The notes beneath the pieces were generated by a model. That model did no database searches and was not told where the DNA came from. It saw only the letters and a list, made by a program, of their open reading frames with translations. DNA of 59,305 nt, the filler included, from Catajapyx aquilonaris (taxonomy: Eukaryota): NCBI GenBank assembly GCA_000934665.2. It is 4 parts of 4 records of this genome, joined end to end, with 100 filler letters (N's around TTAATTAATTAA, not from the genome) between each part and the next. Parts side by side here need not be neighbours in the genome. Positions count along the whole stretch, not along the records: positions 14,248 to 28,393 come from JYFJ02007865.1; positions 28,494 to 42,637 come from JYFJ02007866.1; 2 more parts are not named here. One strand, 5' to 3'. How positions within the stretch are numbered: position 1 is the first letter of the stretch; each line of letters starts with the position of its first letter. Positions 22,968 to 35,209 of this stretch are shown here, in pieces. The position numbers and the translations under genes were made by a program.

Positions 22968-23853
22968 CATTCTCAAACCTATCACCCCTCCAAATATTTC
23001 AGTCTACAATTTAAACTATAGGTCCAATAAAATCACAAGCAAATGCAAATGAATCGGCACACTTTTTAGGGCATTTCCAATGGTTTGTTGCAGCCTGACC
23101 TTTGACCTGAAAGGCCCTAGTATTAGATTTTTGGTCTGTGGCCAGGCCCTACCTCGGTCTCCATCTGTCGGAGCTTTCGTAATGAGACTGTACAGAGCAC
23201 AGTACTTAGATATACAGTATATCTCTCGATGTGAGGTAGTATGCCCCTAGCCAAACGTAGTGGCAGGTAGGCTATCATTATCTATGAATGTGACGTAGGC
23301 GAGTGGTCACCTCCTTGGGGTCATCAGGACGGACATGCGGCATCACTGTTTCGTGGCATTGCTCTATGGATTATTAAAATAATACATTCCAACCCGCTTC
23401 TGCTGTGCGTGGAGATGCGCATATCGTCGACGCGGTTTTAGATAGGCAAATTTTGGTGTAGGCTTGGTCGCCTTCCTGCCTCTTTGACCTTACATATTCC
23501 CCCCTTTCCACGCCCGCCCCGCTACCCACAAGGACAGGCGGACTGCTACATTTGGCTAGCAGGCTAGGGGCATTTAGGCCTACCTCACATCGAGAGATAT
23601 ACTGCTGTATATCTAAGTACTGTGCTCTGTACATCTCATTACGAAAGCTCCGACAGATGGAGACCGAGGTAGGGCCTGGCCACAGACCAAAAACCTAATA
23701 CTAGGGCCTTTCAGGTCAAAGGTCAGCCGGCAACAAACCATTGAAAATGCCCTAAAAATTGTGCCGAATCATTTGCATGTGCTGGTGAATTTATTGGACC
23801 TATAGTTTAAATTCTGGGGGCGATTAATTGGGGGGCTATTAGGTTTGAGAATG
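22968..23853. mobile_element. Foldback element with ~300-bp inverted arms
   Basis: 22968-23265 is the near reverse complement of 23545-23853 (e.g. GGCCCTACCTCGGTCTCCATCTGTCGGAGCTTTCGTAATGAGA). Confidence 0.9.
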
Positions 23854-24797
23854 TAGAATGTAGGTGGCATCAGCGTCATCTGTCGTTAGTAGGTTAGTAG
23901 TAGTAGTAGGTGACATGGGTACCACCTGGTGACAGCATGTTACCACGAGGAGGAAGAGTGTAATAGCGCTCCTGGCGGAGGCGTACACGTCAGAATAGCG
24001 CGTCTTATTCCCGCGTCTTATTCCCGCATTTCCTGTGGTGTGACAGTCCGCAGTCCGGGTACCGATGCGTCCGAGGATGCGTCACATGCGTGTATGGTGT
24101 ATCCGTGTATATCCGCCGATGTAACCCTTTTTAGCTCGAGTTTTCGGTGTTCCTGGTGTCCTTCTGGCGCTTCTGCCCCGGTTCTCACCAGACGTACATG
24201 GATGGTATATTATTGGTGAATTTGGTGGCATATATGGTGTTGGAATCAATGGAGACTTGTGACTGGGCTACTAGTCGTATGTGTGAAGACAAGTAATGAC
24301 GGGACCGGCTGAGGTGGGGTGGACAGCAGAGTCCCCAGGGCCGGCCTTAGGGCAGAGCACGTGGGTCCGGAGCCACGGATGGAACCAGTGGGGACCATTG
24401 GATCCCGCATCAGGCCGAGCGGCAGCTGACGCAGATGGGGCAAGCTCCGCAGGCATCGGCAGAGAGGTAGGAGCCCGGGGCCGACATGGGGCAAAAGCGG
24501 GGTGCACGCAAGGGCGGGGCTTAAAATACTGCAATGCGGGTATTCAGAGGACCAATAGATGGCCGCGTCCTTGTGTAGAATGGGGAGGCCAAAGATGGCA
24601 GTTTTGGACTCATGGGAACCCTTGTGGCAGTCGATCAATATTACTTTTGGCCATGTTTTGCCAACAGATAATAAGGCGACCGTTATTTTCGAACTAGCAG
24701 GAGTTGTAGGGGGCTGGCGTGTATATGCCCGCCCACAGTCAGAGATGTCCCGGTACATCAGCAATGCGACTTATGTATAGGCCAGATCGGCTCAGAT

Positions 24798-24839
24798 CAT
24801 AGAGCTAGTAAATAAAACATTTTATTTACTAGTTCTATG
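24798..24839. mobile_element. 42-bp TIR-only element with 8-bp TSD (P-element-like footprint)
   Basis: GCTCAGAT|CATAGAGCTAGTAAATAAAA-CA-TTTTATTTACTAGTTCTATG|GCTCAGAT; arms match at 19/20. Confidence 0.8.
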
Positions 24840-25234
24840 GCTCAGATGCATCAAAATTAATGTAGAGACCAAAAGCCGTAAAGACAGCGCCATATGTGGT
24901 TAGCGTGTCTGCTGGACACTAGGAGGCATTGTGTGACCACGAGGAAGAGTGTAAGTAACAGCGCCCCTGGCGAGGGCGTCCGTCAGAGAAACTTATTCTC
25001 ATCTGACATTTTTGTGTGGCAGTCCCGATGCAGGCGCGTGTATATTGTAAACAGGCGATGTGACACATTTCGTTCGAGTTATCGGTGTGTCTGCTGGTGT
25101 CCATGTGCCAGACACACCCATTCAGTGAAGCTGTAGCCCTATTATATTAGCGGCATGGTGTTGGTAGTGGGGACTATTGTGACCGAAAAACCAGCTGTCG
25201 GTTTGAAGCTAAGTAATAGCAGGGAAAAGTAAGT

Positions 25235-26277
25235 AGGGGTCGTACAAATACCACGTGACCGACTTCAGGTCACTTTTTGACCCCTCCGCCCCCGTGACCT
25301 TCGGCCATGTATACCACGGCCGCTTGAAGAGATTCCTACTAGGCCCTATAGTATGGCTGGTTCACTAGGCATACTAGGAGCTTTTCTGACGTCAGCTCCA
25401 CCCTCTCTCTTCCCTTCTCAGAACTGTGACGTACCCACGGCCATTCCCTCCGGGCTCGTGCTTTTTCTTATGGAAGAGTTGAATTTTCAAACTTTGATTA
25501 CAAATTCCTGGATGCGGTGAAAAATATGCAGATTTTTTTCCAGATTCCTGGACACACTGTCATTGACATAATTATATAATCCAATCCAACGACATGTACG
25601 AGGAAATATATAACGTGCACTCGCATTGCGCAAGTGCACGTTACAGATCCTCAGAAAACTCTCAAGCACAAGCACAAGCAAAAGCACGTGTTTTTTAAAC
25701 ATTATTAATGTCAATGTTATCAGAAAATACTCGATCGAAAATGATAGCTCCTCAACTAAACCGTTTAAGCACGTAAAAAACATGTCCACCCATGTTTTCA
25801 GGGTCGCTGATTTCTAATTTTAGGTAATTTCGAACCTGAACCTACAGGGTGTACCAAAAAGTTGCAATTGAATTTAAGAACTTCTAGAATAAACACTATA
25901 AGTATGTGAAAATAACATAATTTCCGAATGCTTTCGCGGTCACTGATTTTGATTTTAAGGTTATTTTGTACCAATACCTACAGGGTGTACCAAAAACACC
26001 ATTGAATTTAAGAACTTGTATGATAAATGGTATAAATTAAATTATTAAATTAAAAGAATTAAATCATTGATTTATTTACTAATGATTTTTAAATTTTTAT
26101 GAAATAATTTTTCAATCACTTTATTTTTTGCTATTCGTTTGATAAACCGTATCCTGCAAAAGCTGTTAATCAAGGCTAAATCATCAAATATGCTTCAGAG
26201 TGGTGTTCAGAGATAGCTCATGAACAGTCGCCAAGGCCCCCGCCCCCCAAATGTCACGTGGTATTTACACTACCCCT
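25235..26277. mobile_element. Non-autonomous DNA transposon with AGGGGT...AAATACCACGTGAC TIRs
   Basis: Left AGGGGTCGTACAAATACCACGTGAC; right GTCACGTGGTATTTACACTACCCCT. Superfamily uncertain. Confidence 0.6.
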
Positions 26278-26583
26278 TACAGCTGGGCTCCATGTGCATA
26301 CAATTGTGTGGAATGGGCTAATTGTTTTCTGGTAGGTTCCCACAGATTGTCAATTTTGCATCTCATACTAGGGAATAAGGCTGCAATGTCATGAAATTGC
26401 ACCAGTATATTTTCAGGATGAAAAAGTGGGACAGTGAGTGAATGACAAGTTTTAGGCAGAACATTTCATACACTCTCAAGTTTTTGCAAGAGTCAGCCTT
26501 TGCCAATTAATGTTTGCTGATGAGAGAAGGGCATCAGCTGTTCAAGCCAGAATTTATTTGTATTTATTCAAGCAGGAAAATAA

Positions 26584-27641
26584 CCCCCTTCGCTATCAGA
26601 TAGGCCCGAACCACGTAGATTTTGGCTTAGGTGTACTCCGAAGATATACGGACAAGATATTTTACAAATAATAACAGCTACACTTACCACGTTCAGGGAA
26701 AACACTAAGAATGTGTTTGGAACTCGTTGGAACTAATTGACTCGTCTAGGAGTCCCAAAATTAATTCCCCCTCCCCCCTCCCCCCCAAAAAGGCTATAAA
26801 ACTGGAAATCAGAGTACTGCCGACCAACTGTTAGGCTGATTTAATTATGGTTTGGTTTGGTTTGGTTTATTCGGAAGAATCCAAAGCAACTGTGGCTATC
26901 TGGCTATACAAGTAGAAGATTCAAAGGTGGGACAAATGGAGAGAGAAACGAAGAGGAAAAAGAAGAGAGGAAAGACAGGTATCTCTCTTAGTCTGTCTCC
27001 TATCCCAAAGACCTGTCCGGCTTGGATGGCCCTACCAGTAGACGAAGCTACCGCCGGCAGCTCTTGGGGTCACGGGAGAGACGCAAACCCCACCACCACG
27101 ATAAGGTGAAGATACCATCGGGGGGATTTAATTACGAAATGCGTGATAATATGTGGAATAACAATCTTGAGAATAACCATGCCAGACGAATTTGCTTTGA
27201 TCGTCGTTCTTTGCGAGAAATAAATTATTACTTATTTGCGGCTTTTCTGGCACTTCGGAAAACTCCAAAATTTATTTGCTTCTCGGGAAGTGCCTGAAAA
27301 CCGCAAATATGTATTAATTTTTTTTTCTCGCAAAGTACAACGATCAAAGGAAATTCGTGTGGCATGGTTCTCAAGGTTGTTATTCCGCATGTTATCACGC
27401 ATTGCACAATTAAATCAGCCTAACAGTTGGTCGGCAGTACTGGATTTCCAGTTTTTATAACCTTTTTTTGGAAATTAATTTTGGACTTCTAGACGAGTAA
27501 AATAGTTCCAGACACATTCATAGTGTTTTCCCTGAACGTAGTAAGCATAGCTGTTATTATTTGTAAAATATCTTGTCTGTCTCTTCAGAGTACGCGTAAC
27601 TCAAAATCTACGTGGTTCGGGCCTATCTGGTAGCGAAGGGG
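26584..27641. mobile_element. piggyBac-like, almost fully palindromic MITE (copy 1, carrying a retroposon insertion)
   Basis: ATAA|CCCCCTTCGCTATCAGATAGGCCCGAACCACGTAGATTTTG ... CAAAATCTACGTGGTTCGGGCCTATCTGGTAGCGAAGGGG|TTAA; the inverted arms extend for hundreds of bp. Confidence 0.9.
26848..27124 (-). mobile_element. Short non-autonomous retroposon: LINE 5'UTR-like head + (AAACC)n tail
   Basis: 10-bp TSD GATTTAATTA (26838-26847 and 27125-27134); the empty site is visible in MITE copy 2 (GGCTGATTTAATTATGAAATGCG). Minus-strand head CACCTTATCGTGGTGGTGGGGTTTGCGT...GGTAGGGCCATCCAAGCCGGACAGGTC resembles the conserved RTE/BovB/Expander 5'UTR motif. Confidence 0.85.
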
Positions 27642-27792
27642 TTAATATGGTTGCCAGCAGTTTATCTTGAGAGGACAAGAACATCCCCTCCTTCAATTAT
27701 GTAGAAATGTTTCAGTTTCCCCTTGCTCACGTCGGCTATAACAGACCATTTCTTGGCCCCTCGGTGGATAAATGTGCTGCACTTTTGATTAA

Positions 27793-28200
27793 CCCCTTCG
27801 GCCCCAGATCGACCCGAACCACACAGTTTTTGGCTTACGCGTACTCCGAAGATATGGACAAGATATTTTGCAAATAATAACAGCTATACTTACGAGATCT
27901 GGGAAAACCCTATGAATGTGTCTGGAACCATTTTACTCGTCTAGAAGTCCCTAAATTAATTTCCAAAAAGGGGCTATAATAACTAGAAATTGAACTACTG
28001 CCGCCCAACTTTTAGGCTGATTTAATTATGAAATGCGTGAAAATATGCGGAATAACAACTTTGAGAACCATACCAGAGGAATTTGCTGAAATCGTTGTGC
28101 TTTGCGAGAAATAAATTAATACTTATTTGCGGCTTTCTGGCACTTCGGAAAACTTCGGAAAACTCCCAAATTGATTTGTTTCTCATGAAGTACGACGATT
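27793..28200 (+). mobile_element. piggyBac-like MITE, copy 2 (left half)
   Basis: TTAA|CCCCTTCGG...; collinear with the left arm of the 26584 copy and lacking the retroposon. Confidence 0.8.
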
Positions 28201-28393
28201 TCAGAAAATTCATCTCATACTCATTTAGGAGTTTTCCTAACAAGGGAACGGTCAGGGTCGAGAACCTCCGATTTAGTTGAAACTGGCTTGAGGGGACATT
28301 CATGTGCGATAGACACAGTGGTGAAAGTGTTAGCTCGCAACGTCCAGCCGTTTCCGAGATATGAGCGACAGAAACATCCGAATTTTGGCCGCG

Positions 28394-28493
28394 NNNNNNN
28401 NNNNNNNNNNNNNNNNNNNNNNNNNNNNNNNNNNNNNTTAATTAATTAANNNNNNNNNNNNNNNNNNNNNNNNNNNNNNNNNNNNNNNNNNNN
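28394..28493. other. Artificial scaffold-concatenation linker
   Basis: N44-TTAATTAATTAA-N44. Confidence 0.97.
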
Positions 28494-29592
28494 TAAGTAG
28501 TGACTTGTTAGTATTGCCTACTAAGTAGGGTCTTCTAAGTAGTGACTTGTTAGTAAGTCACTACTAAGTAGGGTCTTCTAAGTAGTGACTTGTTAGTAAG
28601 TCACTACTAAGTAGGGTCTTCTAAGTAGTGACTTGTTAGTATTGCCTACTAAGTAGGGTCTTCTAAGTAGTGACTTGTTAGTATTGCCTACTAAGTAGGG
28701 TCTTCTAAGTAGTGACTTGTTAGTAAGTCACTACTAAGTAGGGTCTTCTAAGTAGTGACTTGTTAGTAAGTCACTGCTAAGTAGGATCTTCTAAGTATTG
28801 ACTTGTTAGTAAGTCACTGCTAAGTAGGATCTTCTAAGTAGTGACTTGTTAGTATTGCCTACTAAGTAGGGTCTTCTAAGTAGTGACTTGTTAGTATTGC
28901 CTACTAAGTAGGGATGACTTGTTAGTAGTACCTCCTAAGTAGCCTACTTACTTAGTAATCACTACTAACAAGTCACTACTAAGAAGTCAATGCCTAGTAG
29001 ACTCTAGTAGTAGTAGTAAGCTCTAGCAGTAGTGCCTACTAACTGTTAAGTAGTGTTTCTTACTAGACTACTACAGCATACTAGACAATGACTTCTTACT
29101 ACTGCCTTCTAAGTAGGCCTATTGACTTGTTAGTAAGTCACTACTAAGTAGGGTCTTCTAAGTAGTGACAGTTAGTAGTATCTCCTAATAGCCTACTTAG
29201 TAAGCACTACTAACAAGTCACTAATAAGAAGTCATTGCCTAGTAGACTCTAGTAAGCAGTAAGCTCTAGTAGTAGTGCCTACTAGTAGTGTTTCTTACTA
29301 GACTACTAGAGCATACTAGACAATGACTTCTTAGTAGTGCCTTCTAAGTAGGCCTATTGACTAGTTAGTAAGTCACTAGTAAGTAGGGTCTTCTAAGTAG
29401 TGACTGGATAGTAGTACCTCCTAATAGCCTACTTAGTAAGCACTACTAACAAGTCACTAATAAGAAGTCATTGCCTAGTAGGCTCTAGTAAGTCCTGGAA
29501 GTAGGGACTTCTTAGTAGTCCCTACTAAGTAGTGTTTCTTACTAGAGCCTACTAGGCAATAACTTCTAGTAATGCCTTCTAAGTAGTGACTC
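28494..29592. repeat. 42-bp satellite with diverged and inverted higher-order blocks
   Basis: Tandem TAAGTAGTGACTTGTTAGTA(TTGC/AGTCA)CTACTAAGTAGGGTCTTC; from ~28920 onward ~240-bp blocks contain inverted copies (CACTACTAACAAGTCACTA). Confidence 0.92.
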
Positions 29593-30644
29593 CTGACTGA
29601 ACACTCTCACTTCATGTTTCGTCAATTACAAGCATTACACCATATTATGTTACGTGTAATCAGAACTCACATCAACCGTAAAAACCGACATCACAATTAA
29701 GCAGCCATATCGGATTAACTGGAACGTCACTCTCACTGTATCGCAATAATAATCGGCAAAGCTGGTACTGACTCCATTACAATTAGCGGCTCACCATATC
29801 CTAACTGCATGTTTAGTATCCTCAAAAAAACATACCCTTTGAGTTGTCACTCTGGACTCACGTCATACCAGCCGCGAACCGCATTTTCCCATCATTCCAC
29901 ACTGTCTAACTCAATATCCTCAGCGTTCTGACAACACCATTCATATCAGCTTCCCATCCTTGAAACCAATACTCAACAAACACATCACAGCGATTATTAA
30001 GAGACGCAACAATCAAGGGCTCTGACGGGGATTCAAGTTGATTCCTGGGCACGTATCAACCTGACGCAGGCTTAGCTTTAAGCTGGTTCCCGGAGCTAAG
30101 TCATACATAATTCAAGGATAAGGCAAGCAATCTACTCAGCAAGTGAACCTCATCTCCATTATGTTAAAGGTTCTTGTGGCCAGGCCTCATTTTTTGGAAT
30201 CAAATACATGGTGCTTCCCTTCTCCCCCAAAAAACCAGTGGGTGGTAACATGTGCTGGGCTATGTAATTACTTACGGTGGGTTGCGCAATAAAGGCCTGG
30301 TTGTACGGTTGGATTAAAGTTAATTAGCAAGATGGCCAAGTACAGTTGATTACGCGGCGGTCACAATCGATCTGCGCGCGTGATTTCGGTTACATATTTT
30401 TGAAGCAATTGGGCATGCATCGCTTTATTTGTTGCCTGGGAATGTGGAATCTGGCCACGTATGATTGGTTGCCGATTGTTATGCTCCTCACGGCAACCAG
30501 GCTCACTACAACTGCAGTCTAATAGTTCATTAATTTTGTATACCTGCCCAGCTGGCCAATCATGTCTAGTCACTGTTATTTTTATCTTTATTTGTGACTG
30601 ACTGGACACTCCTTACTTGTCACTGCAAGTGTCACTGATTGTGG

Positions 30645-31035
30645 CTAGTCATTCTTTACTCGTGACTAGTCATTCTTTACTCGTGACTAGTCATTCTTTA
30701 CTCGTGACTAGTCATTCTTTACTCGTGACTAGTCATTCTTTACTCGTGACTAGTCATTCTTTACTCGTGACTAGTCATTCTTTACACGAGAATAGTCATT
30801 CCTTATTCATTTCTGACTGTGAGTCATCTTTACTTGTATGTAGGTGACTAGTCACTCTTTATTCATTTCTGACTGTGAGTCATCTTTACTTGTATGTAGG
30901 TGACTAGTCACTCTTTACTAACTTTCGGTGACCAGTCACTCTTTACTTTCGGTGACCAGTCACTCTTTACTTTCGGTGACCAGTCACTCTTTACTTTCGG
31001 TGACCAGTCACTCTTTACTTTCGGTGACTAGCCAC
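30645..31035. repeat. 21-bp and 24-bp minisatellites
   Basis: Tandem GACTAGTCATTCTTTACTCGT and TGACCAGTCACTCTTTACTTTCGG units. Confidence 0.92.
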
Positions 31036-31754
31036 TCTTTGTCGTTGACTTTTTACTCGTTACTTGTCACTGACGAGTTTATACAAGCTACTCTGGTCAG
31101 TTCCAACCAATACCTTTTCCTAAACGATTTCTACCGCCATCTACAGTACCATTAGGCTCCCAAATGGTGTCTGTAGCTTCTCCATCTTCACCTCGTTGAT
31201 TAAGACTCTCCTTCCAAGTAAGACCGTCATCTCCTCTCCCTCCTGGGGCCCTCCTCAAGAAGATATGGATGGCCCTGTCACTGGCTCGGTTTTAAAATTC
31301 TGATGAGCTTGATCCGTGCTGTACCGGACCATCGCTGTCATCTTGGGCGCGAGAAGAAGAAGAAGAAGGCAAAAGGCTTTTTCTCGCCCAGGCTTCCAAA
31401 GGCGAGATTAATGGATTCACGTCCCATTTTAAGTGCTTGTCACTTCTCATAAATCCTTGGCCATCTTTCACCAAGCCCGTGTGGTCCTTGCCTAAGATTA
31501 CTGCTGCTGGAGGGTAACCTTTTGCGTTCCCAATGCGATCACGAGGGTGTAAGTCCTGGTCGATCATGGAAAAACATCACGTTGTAGCTATCAAAGTGGT
31601 TAAAGCTGCATTAAAGTTAAGGGACACAGTGTGTGCAATGTTACTGAATTGGGTCAATGTTCGTGATCTTGTTCATGCTGTGATTTTTAAATGGGAGAGT
31701 CTTCTGACAAGTCACTCTTGAAGTAACTGTTGTCACTACAAATGTCACTCATGA

Positions 31755-32390
31755 TGCCAGAAGTCACTTCTGATTGTCATTACTGAAGTCACTCCAGAAG
31801 TCACTTCTGATTGTCATTACTGAAGTCACTTCTGATTGTCATTACTGAAGTCACTTCTGATTGTCATTACTGAAGTCACTCTTGTGGTTCCTACTGAAGT
31901 CACTATGTTGTCACTTCTGAATGCATTCCTGTTGTCACTGAAGAGGTTACTCCTGAAACCACTCCATGAATCACTCTCGATTGTCACTACAGAAATCACT
32001 CCTGATTGTCACTACAGAAATCACTCCTGATTGTCACTACAGAAATCACTCCTGAAGTCACTCCTGATTGTCACTCCTGAATCACTCCTGATTGTCACTC
32101 CTGAAATCACTCCTGATTGTCACTCCTGAATCACTCCTGATTGTCACTCCTGAATCACTCCTGATTGTCACTCCTGAAGTCACTCCTGATTGTCACTCCT
32201 GAATCACTCCTGATTGTCACTCCTGAAATCACTCCTGATTGTCACTCTTGAAGTCACTCCTGATTGTCACTCCTGAATCACTCCTGATTGTCACTCCTGA
32301 AGTCGCTAAAGAAGTCACTCCTGTGATCACTACTGGAGTCACACCTTAAGTCACTTCTGATTGTCATTAATAAAGTTACTCCTGATAGAA
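31755..32390. repeat. ~24-25-bp minisatellite
   Basis: Tandem TCACTCCTGATTGTCACTCCTGAA and variants. Confidence 0.92.
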
Positions 32391-33254
32391 CTTAACAAGA
32401 TTTGTACAACACCCTGTACACTCTAGAACTTTGTTATCTCCCACACCATACGTCAGTGTTGAGAGAACCACTATAAAGACCGCGTAAAAAAACCAAGCGC
32501 TTTAATGATGAATGCGCACCCAAGCAGCTATGAAACGGCGCAAACATTGAGGATTTATAACTTCAGACGAAAACAAAAAAAAGCGTAAAAGGATCCCCCC
32601 AAAAAGAAATAAAAAGGTAGGAAAGAATCGTGACAAGATGACAGCTTATTTAGTCAGAGAGACGGAGGTAGGCTAGCATCTTATGATACCTTAATTTCCA
32701 CAGGAAGAAAGTTTGTCCTTTGCTACGCCTGATTCTTACATTCGCTTGCGTTTTTTTTTTTGTCTTTTTTTCCGCGTTTTTTTCTTTCTTTCACTCCACC
32801 GCCTAACAGAAGTCGTTTCATCACAGGGAACTACAAATGAGGCAATTCTTTCACTCCCTTATCCCCATTCCCAGCATTTCTTTTTTTTCTTCCTTTCTTT
32901 CCTTCTGAGGAAGCTTTGAATAGATGCAGCGCCTGAGAAATAATGCGGCAGAAACGAGAAGGTGCTTTTAATCGCGCCATTATTTCCAGAATTGAGTGAC
33001 AAAACAGTATTGTTGCAGGAAAGTAGGTGAGACGTTGCGACGGAAAGCAGGTTATATGTCATACCCATTCCGTAGCCATTCCCTTGTACCACAGTTATAT
33101 AACCAAACGTTGACAAAGAACACACTTTGCCTCTTATATGTGCAGAAATAATTTTTACATTATTTATAATAGTTAATTTTGACTATATTAATTTATTTAG
33201 TTAGGTATATTAATTCATTTAGTTATATTAATATGTTTTAGTTATTGCAGTTCA

Positions 33255-33750
33255 AATGAGTTATATTAGTTATTTTAAATGTCAGTTATTTTAGTCATAT
33301 TAGTTTATTTTAGTTATTTTAAATGTCAGTTATTTTAGTCATATTAGTTTATTTTAGTTATTTTAAATGTCAGTTATTTTAGTCATATTAGTTCATTTTA
33401 GTTATTTTAAATGTCAGTTATTTTAGTCACATTAGTTTATTTTAGTTATTTTAAATGTCAGTTATTTTAGTCATATTAGTTTATTTAGTTATGTTAGTCA
33501 TATTAGTTTCTTTTAGTTATGTTAGTCATATTAGTTTCTTTTAGTTATTTTAAATGTCAGTTATTTTAGTTACATTTTATTTTTGTTGCATTAGTTTAGT
33601 TATTTTAGTTACATTTTATTTTAGTTGCATTAGTTTAGTTATATTAGTTTACTTTAAATGTCAGTTATTTTAGTTACATTTCATTTTAGTTGCATTAGTT
33701 TAGTTATATTAGTTTATTTTAGTTACATCTGTTCATATCAGTTATATTAG
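33255..33750. repeat. ~44-bp AT-rich minisatellite
   Basis: Tandem TTTTAAATGTCAGTTATTTTAGTCATATTAGTTTATTTTAGTTA. Confidence 0.9.
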
Positions 33751-34932
33751 TTTGAGTTATCTATATTATTAATACACGACTGTTCCCACATTTCCTCCCC
33801 CACCGCACGGCCTACAGCATCGGGAGTGGTGCAAAAATTTAGCCCGCGTTTTCTATATTTGCAATAAATTTCTGTTTTTTTTGGAAATAGTCTTCAGGGA
33901 ATTTATAAAATGCAAAAAACGCCGACCGCCTTTAAAAAACCGACTGCGACCTTTCCACGGAATTCCCATTTCTGCCGTTCCGGGCGTGGGGCGCCACATC
34001 CTGGGTGGGCACTCGCTTACATCTGCATCGTCTTACTTCGGCACTTCACCGTCGGAAGTCTCTGCCTGGCAATTTTGCCAAATTTTGGCAAGTTGGTGCC
34101 TAGTAATACTAACTTATTTTAGTTACATATCAGTTATATCAGTTTATTTGAGTTATAATAGCTATATTAGATATTACATATTGCATTTTTCGGTCCTACT
34201 TGTTAAAATTTTATGTCTACAAAATATTTGACAATTCTTTAGTTGCTCTTTGTGCCTGCGCCTGTCGCCAGAATAGTAAAACCGGGTCTTTCATGCACTA
34301 ACAACCGGTTCTGGCAACACACAAGTACTGGACCCATCTCCGAAATGAGGTGCAACAATGCAAGCCCTTCTGGTGCAAGCCTCATCCCTTGACAGTCATG
34401 AACCCCCCAATCTTGTATCGCTGCCAGCATAACTCACCCCTAGTCCACAGAGCCTCTACCCCTTCCTCCACGTACCATCCTTAACCCCCTTGTTACTCCG
34501 GGCACTTGACTTAACCGCAATGACTGCAACAGAAACCCGGAAAAATAAATGTCTCCCTCCCGCATAATTTAATCACGTCGCCGCGAGACTCATCTGTCCC
34601 GGATTCAAACCCCCCTAACCCTTACCCGATAATAATCCGGGAGAGTTTCTGCTCTATACCCTCCCCCCTCCACTTCCCTACTCCCCTCCCCTCCAGTAAA
34701 TTATGCGGCTGAGCCCGCAGTTATGCATGTGTCAGTCCTGAAACTACTCCGGGTCTTATCATTGGGGGTAAGTTTAACCAGCAAAAATAGGGGCGGGGGG
34801 AGGGGGGGGGTGCTTGATCGATCTAGGTGGGTGGATTCCGGGGGTTGGCAACACTGCTAGTCATGTGATCGCAAAAGGACCAATCGCAGCAGGTGTCGCA
34901 TGTCGGTTGCATCCGCCAATCATAAACCGAGC

Positions 34933-35079
34933 ATCACTGGTGAGTCTCCCGTGGAGCATCAATTTTTAATGCTCTTCTAATGCCTTTTGTTGCTAGAAAG
35001 CATCACAAGAGCATTAAAAATTGATGCTCCATGGGAGACTCACCAGTGATCTGCCAGTGATGCTTTGGAGTTTACAGTG
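34933..35079. mobile_element. Hairpin MITE (~55-bp stem) with right end ...GTTTACAGTG
   Basis: ATCACTGGTGAGTCTCCC(G/A)TGGAGCATCAATTTTTAATGCTCTT occurs in inverted orientation at 34933 and ending 35050. Confidence 0.8.
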
Positions 35080-35209
35080 AAGTTGTTAGCGATTCTTGGC
35101 CCTACCCTGCTCATATATTTAAATGGTTACTAATATTATCCACTTTAAGGAAGCTGTCCAAGAAACCTAATATTACTGACTAATAGTTTAGATAACCACT
35201 TTACGTAAC

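Noticed and set aside
24246..24780. Overlapping 130-170-aa ORFs on both strands (similar cases at 36186-36780 and 48148-48616)
   Set aside because: These are GC-rich stretches with naturally few stops, giving low-complexity Pro/Gly/Arg products with no splice or domain support.
28494..29592. CRISPR-like array (also 8690-9141, 30645-31035 and 31755-32390)
   Set aside because: The units are contiguous tandem repeats with no unique spacers, there are no cas genes, and the context is eukaryotic.
30617..31155. Repetitive ORFs (VTSHSLL)n and (SVTSHSLL)n
   Set aside because: These are translations of 21- and 24-bp minisatellites with non-ATG starts.
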